DNA from: the human T2T-CHM13v2.0 reference genome, Homo sapiens
Assembly (NCBI RefSeq): GCF_009914755.1
Contig: NC_060935.1
Length of the DNA: 64,000 nucleotides
Direction: 5' to 3' (one strand)
Part shown: positions 17,346-30,456 of the stretch, piece by piece
Layout: every line of letters starts with the position of its first letter
Position numbering within the stretch: the first letter of the stretch is position 1
Made by a program: the position numbers and the translations under genes
Notes under the pieces: model-generated
Told to the model about the DNA's origin: nothing
Seen by the model: the letters and a program-made list of their open reading frames with translations, nothing else
Databases searched by the model: none

Positions 17346-18372
17346 CTTTGTGGTTTTATCTACCTTTGGTTTTTGATGATGGTGACGTACAGATGGGTTT
17401 TTGGTGTGGATGTCCTCTCTGTTTGTTAGTTTTCCTTCTAACAGTCAGGACTCTCAGCTTCAGGTCTGTTGGAGTTTACTGGAGGTCCACTCTAGACCCT
17501 GTTTGCCTGGGTATCAGCAGCGCTGGCTGCAGAACAGCAGATATTGGTGAACCGTAAATGCTGCTGCCTGATCGTTCCTCTGGAAGTTTTGTCTCAGAGG
17601 AGTACCCGGCCGTGTGAGGTGTTAGTCTGCCCCTAATTGGGGGTGCCTCCCAGTTAGGCTACTTGGGGGTCAGGGACCCACTTGAGGAGGCTGTCTGCCC
17701 ATTCTCAGATCTCAAGCTGTGTGCTGGGAGTACCACTACTCTCTTCAAAGCTGTCAGACAGGGACATTTAAGTCTGCAGAGGTTACTGCTGTCTTTTTGT
17801 TTGTCTGTGCCCTACCCCCAGAGGTGGAGCCTACAAAGGCAGGCAGGCCTCCTTGAGCTGTGGTGGGCTCCACCCAGTTTGAGCTTCCCATCCGCTTTGT
17901 TTACCTACTCAAGCCTGAGCAATGGTGGGTGCCCCTCCCCCAGCCTCGCTGCCTCCTTGCAGTTAGATCTCAGACTGCTGTGCTAGCAATGAGCGAGGCT
18001 CCGTGGGTGTAGGACTCTCTGAGCCATGCGCGGGATATAATCTCCTGGTGTGCCGTTTGTTAAGCCCGTTGGAAAAGTGCAGTATTAGGGTGGGAGTGAC
18101 CTGATTTTCCAGGTGCCGTCTGTCACCCCTTTCTTTGACTAGGAAAGGGAATTCCTTGACCCCTTGTGCTTCCCGGGTGAGGGGATGCCTCACCCTGCTT
18201 TGGCTCATGCATGGTGTGCTGCACCCACAGTCCTGCACCTACTGTCTTGCACTCCCCAGTGAGATGAACTCGGTACCTCAGTTGGAAATGCAGAAATCAC
18301 CCATCTTCTGCATGGCTCAAGCTGGGAGCTGTAGACTGGAGCTGTTTGTATTCGGCCATCTTGGCTCCACCC
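17346..18372 (-). promoter_or_regulatory. L1 5'UTR with internal sense promoter, intact YY1 site and antisense promoter region
   Basis: CCAAGATGGCCG YY1 motif at 18353-18364 (minus strand); ORF0 homologue and antisense splice donor on + strand; many CpGs decayed; activity not shown. Confidence 0.75.
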
Positions 18373-18757
18373 TCTCAAAGATTTTCATTGTGTTTATTTA
18401 TTATTGACTGTAAGTAACAGCCATCATTATAAAATTAATCTCATGAAATAGATCAGATAATTTTTTACTGGGATCAAAGGGATTAAGGAGGATGTGATTT
18501 CTCTACCAAATGTTCTTTATGCTGGGTTCTTCAAACTAATTTTTCAATTTGAAAGTATTAACTTTAAAATTGAATATTTAAATTGTTCAACGTTGTTCCC
18601 TTTTGGGGGACAAAGTATATAGTACATTACCGGGACATAACACTCAGAGTATTAAAATTAGCTCTGTATTCTCCTACTTGAAAAATAATTGCATGGCTTT
18701 TCTCCTAGCTCACCATACTTATTCACACTGGCCCTGATTACTGTTATATCCTTAGTG

Positions 18758-20104
18758 CAGAGCTTCTCATGCTGTTGGCCACAGACAGAAGGACCTTGGA
18801 GATGCTCCAGAGTGTCCATGGTGTTAAAACTATTTTCCTTATAATACAATAATGTTATTGGCCTGCTTTATTCTCTTGACATTGTTACTAATGGAGCAAA
18901 AGCAATGGTGAGAAAATTCGGGAGCCATGGCTTACACATGGCACTAGCAACTGTATTAAATAAAATATTAAATCTTGTCTCACTCAATAATATCTCCCAT
19001 GAAACAACAAAAATATTAATATTATTAAATAAAACCCTTAAATACACATATGTTAGTAATTTGTGTGACAAACAGGAGGCATACACAAAGCACTTCTGCT
19101 TCACGCATGCAGAAGTACAGTGGCTGCCTCAGGGAAAAGCATTCTGCTTTCATTTGAGATTGTGTAGTTGTTTGAACTGTGAAACAAACTAGCAGCAGCT
19201 GCTTTTTCATGAAACACTGTTTTTACTTGAAAGAAAGAACAACAGACAAACTGTTATTCAGGCTTGCATACTTGGTGGATATTTTCTTAAAAGTGAACTG
19301 AGTAGGCCTGTTGCTGCAAGGGAAACAACTAACAAGATCTGTTGCCAATGGCAACATTCAAGCTTTTGTGTAAAAACTAAAATTTTTGAAGACTTGTATC
19401 CAACTTCATGAGCTAGACCATTTCCCAATTCTTAGAGACTTACCTGATTGTTAAGGATTTGTGCAATTCAGTGGACACATATTTTCCAAATGACCAAACA
19501 CACAGTGTTACAAAATCACACATGGATAAAAGATCTAATCTATAAGACAGATGAAAGGATTTTAATTTTACAGTATGAAAAGTTCACTCAGGTGATTTCA
19601 GATTACTCATTACAACTAGCCTTTAAGAAACTTGAGTTTTGGTATAGTATCAAAGAAGAATATTCATAATTATCTGAAAAGGTTATTACAATTCTTCTCT
19701 CTTTTTTGACTACATATGTGTGAGAGCAGGGTTTTCTTTAGCTGCTTCAAAAAGAACAAAACTACAACTGGTTGAATGAAAAAAGGTAGGAGGATCTAGC
19801 TGTTTTCTATTAAGCTAAATTCAGTTTTACAAAACTTATAACAATGCCACTCTTCTTACAGGCTTTACATTTTGTCTTGAAAAATATGGTTATTTAAAAA
19901 AATATATATATTTAGGTTAACTTATAGTGGGATTTTCATAGTTATTTTAAGATCATTTAATACATAATTTTATTTTTTCAGTATTGATTTCTAATATAGT
20001 AAAAATACAGATAGATATAACTCACCTAAACAAAGTTCTTTCAAGACTTCCATTATTTTCCAACTGTAAATGGGCCCTAATATCAAAAGGTTTGAGAACA
20101 ACTA
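18758..20104 (+). mobile_element. Charlie1a-like hAT DNA transposon fossil
   Basis: TIR-like ends CAGAGCTTCTCA / TGAGAACAACTA; degenerate 8-bp TSD CCTTAGTG/CTTTAGCA; hAT transposase remnant (HAEVQWLPQGK in ORF 18905-19192; TTTTACTTGAAAGAA...ACAGACAAACT). Confidence 0.85.
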
Positions 20105-20705
20105 CTTTAGCACAAAGTTAAATGGGATTGTAGACACTGGAATGAAGATGTGAGGAGTAAAGGCTGGAGAGTTAGTCATGTTTGAGAGCATGGAGATAAT
20201 ATCTGAAACATTTTGTAATTCATAAAGAATTTGGACGATTGCAAACCACTGATATATCCAAGGAAATTACTGAATTTAAAATTTCCGTGGTGAAGCAGGT
20301 GAATGGCAATGACAAAGTCAGGATTTTCTTGTAAAATAAATTGTTCTTTCTTTCCTTCCTTCCTATTTTTCTTCCTCTGAATTCAGTCAGCTACCGTGTT
20401 AGTTTATTTCTTCTATTATAATATATCATATCATTTATTCCTTTCTTGATATATATCTCATATCATGTATTTCATTCATTTAATTAAATCCCGTTCCAAA
20501 TGGCCTCATGTCTAGTCTGCTAATTTCTTTCTGGTTTCTGTGCAATCAGTTTTTATTTTTTTCTCTTTCAACCCATCCTGAAATCTGCTGACTGATTAAC
20601 CCACTTCAATCCAGTCTTAGCTCTATTACCATCATCCCACAAGCTCAATCAAATATAATGAAAACATTTGTGCTAACCATTGGTGAGATGATAAATCTCA
20701 AACTT

Positions 20706-20760
20706 CTCAGCATAATAACTGACATAACTCAGCATAATAACGGACATAACTCAGCATAAT
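20706..20760 (+). repeat. 22-bp minisatellite, 2.5 copies
   Basis: CTCAGCATAATAAC(T/G)GACATAA at 20706, 20728 and (partial) 20750. Confidence 0.9.
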
Positions 20761-22462
20761 GGCTAAAGGACCCTCTCTGAGCATGTTTTACCCTTTCTCT
20801 AAATAAAAAATCCTCTAATTAAAGTAGTTTATTCGTTTTCTTTTTAATGTGCCAAATCTGTTTTAACCATGGTACCTTTCTGCATATCATGTTCTCTAGC
20901 CTGAAATGCCCGCAGTCTTTGCCTTATCATCTTATACAGATAAAATGAGATAATACTTTTCAATAAATTAGTACAATTCCTGAAACATAATAAGCAGTAA
21001 ATTAAAGCCAGTTATTTTTCTTATTAATATTACGACTATACTGTAAACTTCTGGAGGGAAGATACTATACCCTATATCATAGTTGATTCTCCATTGTATA
21101 GTAGATGTCTCTCTATGTAATATATGTTCACAAAATATATGTGGCTTATAGTGATGATTATCCATATTTTGACTGACTTTATTTAAAGTTTTAAGGAAGG
21201 GCCACTCATCTAATAAATCTGTCCAACAAGACATAATATTTTAACATAGTCACCAAAATAAAGTAAAAAACTCTAACTCAGGGCACCATAAAGTGCTAGA
21301 CTTGTAAGCTTATCCAGGAACGTTAATGCACCTAGGCAGAGAATCATCAACAATAGTCTAGTAATTGGCAAGAGTATCATTAATCAACTTTTTTCCAGGC
21401 AAGTAAAGTTAAATCAGAATTCAGTTAACAATTCGTAATGTGTGTGCGAGTGAGGATCAGTTAACCATTTATGAAGTTTATGCCATATGTTGAAAACCAG
21501 GTCATATTGCAATGAAGTCATGTTGGCTACTAAGAAAGAGCAACTCAGAAATGAAGAGGTTTTGCAGTATGGGTAATCCGCTGGATATCCTGTCTCTGAC
21601 AACAGAGAGAGAAGCGGCTATAGAAGCTGCCTACTCTATACTGCACAGGATCTCCTCATAGAATAGAACATGGAAACAAAGCTCTATTTGCTACCATTAT
21701 ATAGAGAATGAGCTTTCTTTGGAAGAAAGTATACATGTGGAGGATCTAAACAAAACAATGCACAAGGTAAACTGACTTAAAGACACAGTGTCTCCCATAA
21801 AGGAGCGACAAATTCAATAGCAGGTATCTGCTATGGGAGCTAGTTCCCTGAAAAGAAGAGCAACCAGATTCAATTACAGGATACCTGAGAGAAAAACCTA
21901 CAGTTTGATGCTGTTTGCTACTAACGAGGATCCATTTTCTTCTGGTAATCTGCCCAGGGAATCATATGTGTGGCTGCATTAGATGGTACGTTTCTTCTTT
22001 CCAAACACCACTCAGAATTTGAAAGATGTGTGTGGGAGTGAGGATATGTTATGAAGTTGGGGGTCATTTGCAAGTAGTATAAAGATTTGATAAAGGAAAA
22101 TTGCTGAGAATTTTTTTAAAAGTAATGATCAGCTTAAAAACTAGTAGCAGAGTTCTCTCTTAAACAAAATAAATGCCATTTGCTAGCAAAACACTTTGAA
22201 GGATTATCTAGGTTTTCAAAAGAGTGCTTTAATAGTTGGGTCAAAATGGGTTCATGCTGAGTGACATTAGGAGCAGAATGGTTCTGCTTAATAAAGTGGA
22301 AACATTTTTATTTTCTTGGAGCTGATCTAGAGAAGGAAGAAGCAAAGAGGAACAGCATAACAAGAGAACAAGAACCTTAGGAAAATATGTGGCCAGTGAG
22401 AAAGTCCTAAGACTGCTATACCTTCTCCACTGTGAGCCCAAAATCCATAGTTTAAGACCACC

Positions 22463-22768
22463 GGCCGGGCGCAGTGGCTCACGCCTGTAATCCCGGCACT
22501 TTGGGAGGCCGAGGCGGGCGGATCACGATGTCAGGAGATGGATACCATCCTGGCTAACACGGTGAAACCCCGTCTCTACTAAAACACACAAAAAATTAGC
22601 TGGGCCTATTGGCGGACGCCTATAGTCCCAGCTACTCAGGAGGCTGAGGCAGGAGAATGGCGTGAACCCAGGAGGCAGAGCTTGCCGTGAGCCAAGATAG
22701 CGCCACTGCACTCCAGCCTGGGCGACAGAGCAAGACTCCTTCTCAAAAAAAAAAAAAAAAAAAAAAAA
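22463..22768 (+). mobile_element. AluY
   Basis: AluY diagnostics; pure A-tail; TSD AAGACCACC at 22454-22462 and 22769-22777. Confidence 0.95.
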
Positions 22769-24734
22769 AAGACCACCATATACAATCACTTTATGTAAAT
22801 GGCATTTTGTAGAAGTCAAGGCAAAGGTACAATGTTCCATGTTTGTGTCATTTTCAGATTAAGAAGAGGAAAAGAAATTGTTCATGGGTAAAATTAGGAA
22901 TTCTGGGAAACTGGGACTTTAGGACAAGGTATAATAATGAAACATTAAACCCCTAGTGAGCTCTTAGGGGGCACGTGGTGGAGGTAGGAGAATTTCAACA
23001 TTCCACCCTCTGTGGGGTGAGTCTTCAATCCATTTTATTTAATACGTTAAAGTAAAAGGAAAATTCCTAAAACCAGAGGACTTATGGATACCTAGCAGTT
23101 GACATCTGGGCTAACATCTGACCTGTATTTACCTTCAGAAATCAGGGAAATCCAGGATGGTGGCAACCGTGTCAATATGACACAGTGAAGCAGGTCTCAC
23201 CACAGACCAACCTGGTTGCAATATTCCTGCCTGCGTTGGGAGCTAAGTAACTGGAACAAGTTTTTGTAACGTGATTAGAGTTTCTTAGAATGAGTAATTG
23301 TCACAGTTGCTGTTGTGGAAAAGTAATTAATTATATGAAGTAATTAGTTTTCCCTCAAGCATACTTAGGCTTGATATTTTTGTGTATAGAAATGAAAATA
23401 ACAAAAGCAATAATATATGTATCTTGATAGGTAGTGTGCTGGATTGTAGATAGAAAATGGCGTTGATGGAACGTGAAACATGAACATGTTGTGAAACTAT
23501 AGAAGTGCAGCAAATTGGTACACAAACACTGTCATAATACAAGGGGATGACTTTGAAGGGGCAGCTTTAAAATCAATATCTTCTTTAGTAGTGGTAAATG
23601 CTTTATAAATGCTGTCTGCCTGAATAACAAGATGGGAATAAGCCAGACAAATGTAGTCATGATTTTACAATTTCAGAGGAAATCACCATCAATAACATGC
23701 AAAATGCAATAATTTGGAAGTGTTGTAAATGTGCATATTTAAGTTCTTTAATTAATTTCAACATATAATTCAATAAGTTCTACCCTGATTATTCAGTATT
23801 CATGTATTCAACATTCTAAACCACTAAAAGCAGAAAAATACTGCTTCCAAAGAAGGATCTGAAGTAAAGCACATGTATATTTAGAATATGAAAACAGTAA
23901 TTTTGCCTTGAAGAAATATACTAATAGAAAATGAATCAAAGGTGATCTTGGGAATATGTTTTCTATAGTGAATACACATGTTAGTTCAAGTCACAAATTC
24001 CTTCCTATAAATATTTAGAAAGTATATTGATGTTCATAAATCATTACGCTTTAAATATATTTGAAGAAAAGATATATGAGTAGAAAGAAAATTCAAACAT
24101 ACACATTTACATGTTAATATCAACTTAAAAGTTAATGGCTATTATCAGTCAAGTGTACATGAATATAAAACAAATACTATGTCTCTAACATTGGAATAGA
24201 AGGAATGGCACATGTTTACAGAAGTATAAAATGAGCTTCCTATCCTCATAATATTTTTCTAATATTCTTGAGTATAGGGGAAAGTTAATGAGCAGAAAAA
24301 TTAAGGTGAGTAATACAAGATGTGTCATATTGTATGCAGTGCATCCACACACTATCTAAACAATGAAGGAAGAGAGTTTTACAGAAGAATGATTTACGGA
24401 GAGATTCACTGGGCTAGTGAGGGTATAGCCAGTCCTTGAGAGATGAACTTCAGGTATAGAGGAGGAAGGATCATCCAGAGGAAGATAAACATCATGAGCA
24501 GAGATGAACAGTCCTCTATGTAAGCGGAAGAGAAATTCAGTGAATGCAGTGGGAGGGGAAAGTGGAAAAAAAAGAGGACAGCAATGATTATACAAGTCAA
24601 ATAAAGCATAAAAGCATCAGTTACACAGAGTACAATTTCAAAAACTACCATTGATAATAATAAAAATAGATAAGAAGAGACTGCTGGATACAGAAAGGCA
24701 AAAGCATGAGTGATGTCAGAGATTAATGCAAAAG

Positions 24735-24930
24735 AGATCCAAACTCAGAAACCCTGGGTTCAAACCCTGGCATTGTTGTTTATTAGCTGTATGACTTTGT
24801 GCAATCACTAAGCCACTCTGAAATTCCTCCACTCCTCAAATGGCAATGATATTAATTAATTGACAAGTGGCAAAGTTAAGATAGGACAATATTTCCAAGT
24901 AGATAACACAGTACTTGATATAATAGAAAT
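24735..24930 (+). mobile_element. MIR fragment
   Basis: CCTGGGTTCAAACCCTGGC...TATTAGCTGTATGACTTTGTGCAATCACTAAGCCACTCTGA MIR core. Confidence 0.7.
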
Positions 24931-25669
24931 ATCTGTTATACAAAGGTCATTGAATGTAAATCTGGAAAAAATATTTAGATCTCTGTACAAATTATGTGTT
25001 GTAGATATGTGTCAGTAAAGCCACTATGCAGAGTCATGGCAAGAACATTCCAGACAAAGGGAATAGCAAATGCAAAGGCTATGGCAGGAAAGAGTTTAGA
25101 GTAAGAAATGAAAAGGAGGCAAACACAGAAAGACTATAGTAAGCAAAGGGAACAATGGTTTGAGATGATTAAAGAAGAAGGCTAATGCCAATCATCTTGA
25201 CCATGCTAGGGTTTATTCTGAAAAGTGCCACAACACCAGGGATGCTAGCATTAAGAAAAAGTTGTTCAGAATATATTTTTTCCAAATATGTATAGAAATA
25301 AATATTTACTATATTTCAAATAAAGATATGGTAAACATGAAATATCAAACAAAGCATAAACTAATATAACTATACATGCAAATAATAAATTACAATTATA
25401 ATGTAAATTGTGAACCACTGATGACTCTGCTTTTTTTAACTTCAGCCCACTGTGTGTGAGGATCACTGAGCTGCTGCTGCCTTTGATGTAACATCTCCAC
25501 GTTGGCCCAGGCTTTCCTGCCCTGTTTAGAGGCTTTACGAGACGTTTAGTTGATCTTTTATCTTAGGCCCGTGTATCTTTTTGATGGTTCTCTGGAGGGA
25601 GGTTGGGATAGCTTTTTCTTGGACAGCAAATTTAAACCCCTGCTAACACCAGCAGAGCCCATCTCATGA

Positions 25670-26044
<375 letters not shown>

Positions 26045-26389
26045 CCTCAACAAAACCTTTTTATTTGGCAGCTGGTGCGGGAAGAGAGATAACGAGATAC
26101 TGTCATGGATATTGTAAGAATTGTGGAGTAAAGAGAGGCTAGGGGAACTTGAGATACAGGTGTCCTGAATAAGGATAAGAGAAGGCAGGAAAGGGGAGAG
26201 TAAGAAAAATATACAGTGCCAAACATTTGCAGGAAAATGCCCAAAATAAAGATTTTATGCAAACTGAAATACCAGTATTTTGACACTTAAAATTGCTTAG
26301 TATAATGGAAAAATAAAAATCAATATTGAAATTCCAATAGAGATGGAGAAAAGTAACAATTTTTTTAAGAATATGGAAAGAAAACAAGG

Positions 26390-27000
26390 GCAATTCCTAA
26401 GTTTTTGCCTTGAGCAGCTAAGTATAGTTTTAAACAGGTGGACTGTTTACTAAAGGGTGAAGATTGGAAGCATATGAAATTTGAAAGAAAAACTAAGAGC
26501 TCCACTTTGAATATCTTAAATTTGAGATTCCTCTAAACAGAGGTTGCTTAGGTGGTTGGATATATAAGTCTGGAGTCTCCAGAAGTCAGTGATAGAAATC
26601 TACACAAAGTTGACTGTTTTCAAGATATCTCTGGCTTTAAAAGCCATGGAACAGGATGAGATTTCCTAGAGAGGGGTTATTAGATGAGTAACAGTAGAAG
26701 TTCCTATAAAATCTGCAGATAAGTTTAAACAATGTCCGGGGAAGGAATAGAGATAAAAACTCAAGAACAAGTTGCCAGCAAAGTAGAAAGCAAGCCAGCA
26801 GAGCATAAGTCAGAGAAACCAAGTTAAAGAAATGATCTAAACATGAGGAAGACGTCAGCATATCAAATGCTGCAATGATGACAAATATGATGGAGATGGA
26901 GACACAGCCATTTGAGTATGATAACATGGGAAGACGCCAAGCTGGAGTTGGGGAAGTGAAACAGAGGTCAAGAACTGGACATCATGAGTAGAGAAAATTC
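26390..27000 (-). mobile_element. L2 ORF2 remnant
   Basis: AAGTTTTTGCCTTGAGCAGCT...AAATTTGAGATTCCTCT...GGTTGGATATATAAGTCTGGAG...TTAAAAGCCATGGAACAGGATGAGAT, typical antisense L2. Confidence 0.6.
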
Positions 27001-28559
27001 CCCTTAAAAATTCTCTGTTGAAGCGTTCAAAAAATTAGACAAAAAAGAAAGAAAAGAAAAGGGAAAAAAAGGTACCAAGATATAAGAGTAACTAAGGGGA
27101 ATGTAAAATTAATATCATGTAAATATTTTTGTTTGTTTTTTCTTTGTAAATTTGAAGTAGAACATGATCATATTTCAAAAGCAGAAGGATTGTTTTGAGG
27201 AACTGTAGGAGGTGAGTGGGAAGAATGTGAGGAGGTGAATATAGTAGTCTGAGTAAGAAATGATGGTGGGTTGGACAAGCATGGTAACAGAGGATGTGGA
27301 GCTTAATTGTCAGCTTCTGGATGTATGTTAAAATTAGAAGCAAAAACATTTTTTAATGTTTTGCAAACGAAATGTGAGAGAAAAAGGGAGGCAATGGTAA
27401 TAGATATGACAACTCATAGAATATGACAACATAGGCTTTCAACAAATAGATTTTTAGCAAGAATGTGTAAATAAATGATTTTTCCCTACCAAGACTGGCT
27501 TTTATAACTAGCTTAGATACCTCTCTAACTTTTGGCCCTGGATTTCCCTATTCTGATGGAGAGTGTTTTCTCTCCTTCATTATAACCCTAAAATCCAAAT
27601 GCATATTTTAGCTGTTTATGGATTAAGAGCATAAAGATTTTTGATCTTCTCTTGTAATATCCCCTTGATTGCTAGAATGCCTGAAGGATATGTAATAAAA
27701 ATAAATAAATAACAACAACTCTGTGTTCCAGGCCAACAAGGCACATAAGACATAAAAATGGAATGTAAACTCTTGTCACTGGTTTGAAAGGAACTGTCAG
27801 TTGTTTGATTCTTTAAGTGATTCTGTCACACACTGGGGACCCCCGTCAGTGCAGTTTCACTCCTAAACTACTTTTATTAAAAGTATGTATCATCATGTGG
27901 CCACAAAAGCATGCTATGACAGAATAGTAATTTTTTCTTTCTCTTATCTTCACTATCTTCATCATAGAAAAGTGTTGTGTTTCTATGGTTGCAGGAACTA
28001 ATTAATTCTATATCAAGCAGATATATTAATAGAAAATACTTTTTGGGTATTGAAAAACAAAGTTAGTATTTTAACAAATTTTAGCTTGTTTTGTTCTTCC
28101 CATCAACAAAATCCCACCATTTAAAAGCTATTCCTGTATTATTGTTTTCAACCTCTCCTTCTTCTGTGTTTACAGAGGATCTAGGCCAGAATGTGTAACT
28201 TCTGCCAGATTCCCATGATGTGGATTATATCCATCTCTACTTCTGAGTGTTTTCCAGAATCTCTTTCTTATTCCCAGTGTAATGCCAAGATGAGATCAAT
28301 CACTGGAATGTGCCAATTATCTTAATATATGCCTTTGTCAGAGGTCAACAGCGTGAAGTGTGTCCTCTCTTTTATATACAGAGATTGTGGTGTTGTTAGG
28401 GATTTTTCCCTCTTTAGAATTGGTGCATTTTAACTGGGATGTTCTATGGACATATCTGATGATTACAATTACTATATAGGCCTGATTGTTGTTCTGCCTA
28501 GAATAGTCTCTATTTTTCATGCAAGCTCTATCCAGTATTGTTATACTTTTTAATGGATT

Positions 28560-29330
28560 CAGCAGATAGTGTTGCTTTATTGTGAAGAAGCATTTTATCC
28601 TCAACCTTACATGACCTAGCCTTGTCTACTCTTCTAGCATTGTGGAAAGTAGTGTTTATTTGCTACAAACACTTTTGCTGAGTGGAGTGCTTTGGTTGGT
28701 AGCTTTTTCCATTAAGTGCAGTACTGTGAAAAGCTGCAGCTAATGCAGACAAGTGAGGCTTTAACACTCTGCCTGTCTGGGGGATGTTGCTGATATCTGG
28801 ACAAAGCTTGCACTCAGAAGGTAGTCTTGGTCTGTTTCTTTGCGTTTAGACCATTGTGTAAGCTCAATTCATAGCATGCAGTTGTTCTTCACCTGTGCAC
28901 TGTTAAGAAGGGTCCTGTACTTTAGGAACAGGTAAAGGTTAACTATTAGAATCCACCCAGCACATAATAGGATACAGTGGGATTTGAGGTTCACTTTGGC
29001 CGGTTCTATCAATATGAGCTCTTAACTTGGAGTGCAACTGTGAAAAGAAGTACTTTAGTCACAAAGCAATAGGTAGCATCAGGTTTGCCCAGCACAAAGC
29101 TGCAGGTGGTTAACGATGGTTTGCCACACCGCTGTTAATGGTGCTGCTTTAGATCAGTACAACCCTGTAAGTGGTAGCATTTAAATCCAGCACAACAATG
29201 TAAAAGGTGGTGTTTTCATCTCATTCAGAAAGACCCTGGTGTGGTAATCCTCACTTTCTAGTTGATTTTTGATAGGACACATAGGTGATAATATGGACTG
29301 TTTCCATCATTATTCTCATCAAGTCACAGA
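28560..29330 (-). mobile_element. Putative highly decayed non-LTR retrotransposon (RTE/L4-like) RT remnant
   Basis: Hand translation of the minus strand gives, in colinear order, EDYHTRVFLNEMKTPPF, GFK....QGC (29188-29159), AFH and LGHVR..KQ (28619-28605). Confidence 0.35.
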
Positions 29331-29339
29331 TCATTAAAG

Positions 29340-29776
29340 ACAACATTAAGTGAAATAAGCCAGGTACAGAATGACAAACACTGCATGATCTCACTCATAT
29401 GTAGAATCAATTAGTTGATTTCCTGAAAGTAGAGAGTAGGATAGTGGTTACCAGAGGCTGGTAAGGTAGTGGGGAGATGGGGGGACCAGAAGAGGGTGGT
29501 CAATGGGTACAAAGTTAGTTAGATGGGAAGAATGAGTTTCAGTGTTCTGTTACACACTAGGGTGACTATAGCAAAGAACAATGTACTGTATATTTCAAGA
29601 CAGCTAGAATATTTTAAATGTTGCCACTACAAAAAAAGGTAAACGTTTAAAGTGATTGATATGGTAATTACACCAATTTGGTCATTATACTTTGTATATA
29701 TGCACTGAAACATCACAGTGTACCCCATAAATATGTACAATTATTATGTGTCAATTATATATTAAAAATAAAATAA
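29340..29776 (+). mobile_element. L1MA (L1MA7/8-like) 3' end
   Basis: TTAAGTGAAATAAGCCAGGTACAGAATGACAAACACTGCATGATCTCACTC...GTGGTTACCAGAGGCTG...TACCCCATAAATATGTACAATTATTATGTGTCAATT. Confidence 0.85.
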
Positions 29777-30301
29777 GGGAAATATTTTTATGTATTTCCT
29801 TAGTACCAATGATTTCCTTACCCATAACTCAGTCTTTGTTTTAAGATAAGTGGACTTAATATGAAAATATTCTAAACCTCTCAAACATGTCTCTTTTAAA
29901 CAAGTATCAACATGAAATATTAGTAAAAATAATAGGTAAAGTGCAATATTAAAAAGCGATTTGTGGAAAAGCAAAGGTAAATATGCCACAGGAATCAGGA
30001 ACATATGATAAGCCATAAAGCACACAGTTTATGTATGAATTACCAGTGTTTTTCTCTAATACCTTATTCTAAATAAAGAAAAACTAACAATACAGAGGCT
30101 TTGTCCTCGATGTATGAATCTCAATTTTTATAATGCTGATACTTCACTGAATTCCTCCTTCTGCCATATATATATATATATATGACTGTATATACTATTA
30201 GTTGCAAGAAATGTGTGATCTTTATAATTAAAATCAATAAATATTGAACTTTAGTATGGTGCATCATATCCCTCATAAGGGTTTAAGGCCTTTTAAAGCC
30301 T

Positions 30302-30456
30302 TTGTGCTTCAAGTCTAAGTCCCTAACCAGCCACATCAGTATCACTTGGGAACTTGTTAGACATGCAGAATCTTAACCCAATCTACAGACTCCGAAATTT
30401 GCATTTCAGCAAGATCCCCCTGATTCAAGACACGCTTTAAAGTTTGAGGATCACTG
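30302..30456. mobile_element. MER5A hAT MITE
   Basis: CATCAGTATCACTTGGGAACTTGTTAGACATGCAGAATCT...TTGCATTTCAGCAAGATCCCC...AAAGTTTGAGGATCACTG. Confidence 0.8.

Noticed and set aside
20706-20760. Short direct repeats as a CRISPR-like array
   Set aside because: No spacers and eukaryotic context; simple tandem duplication
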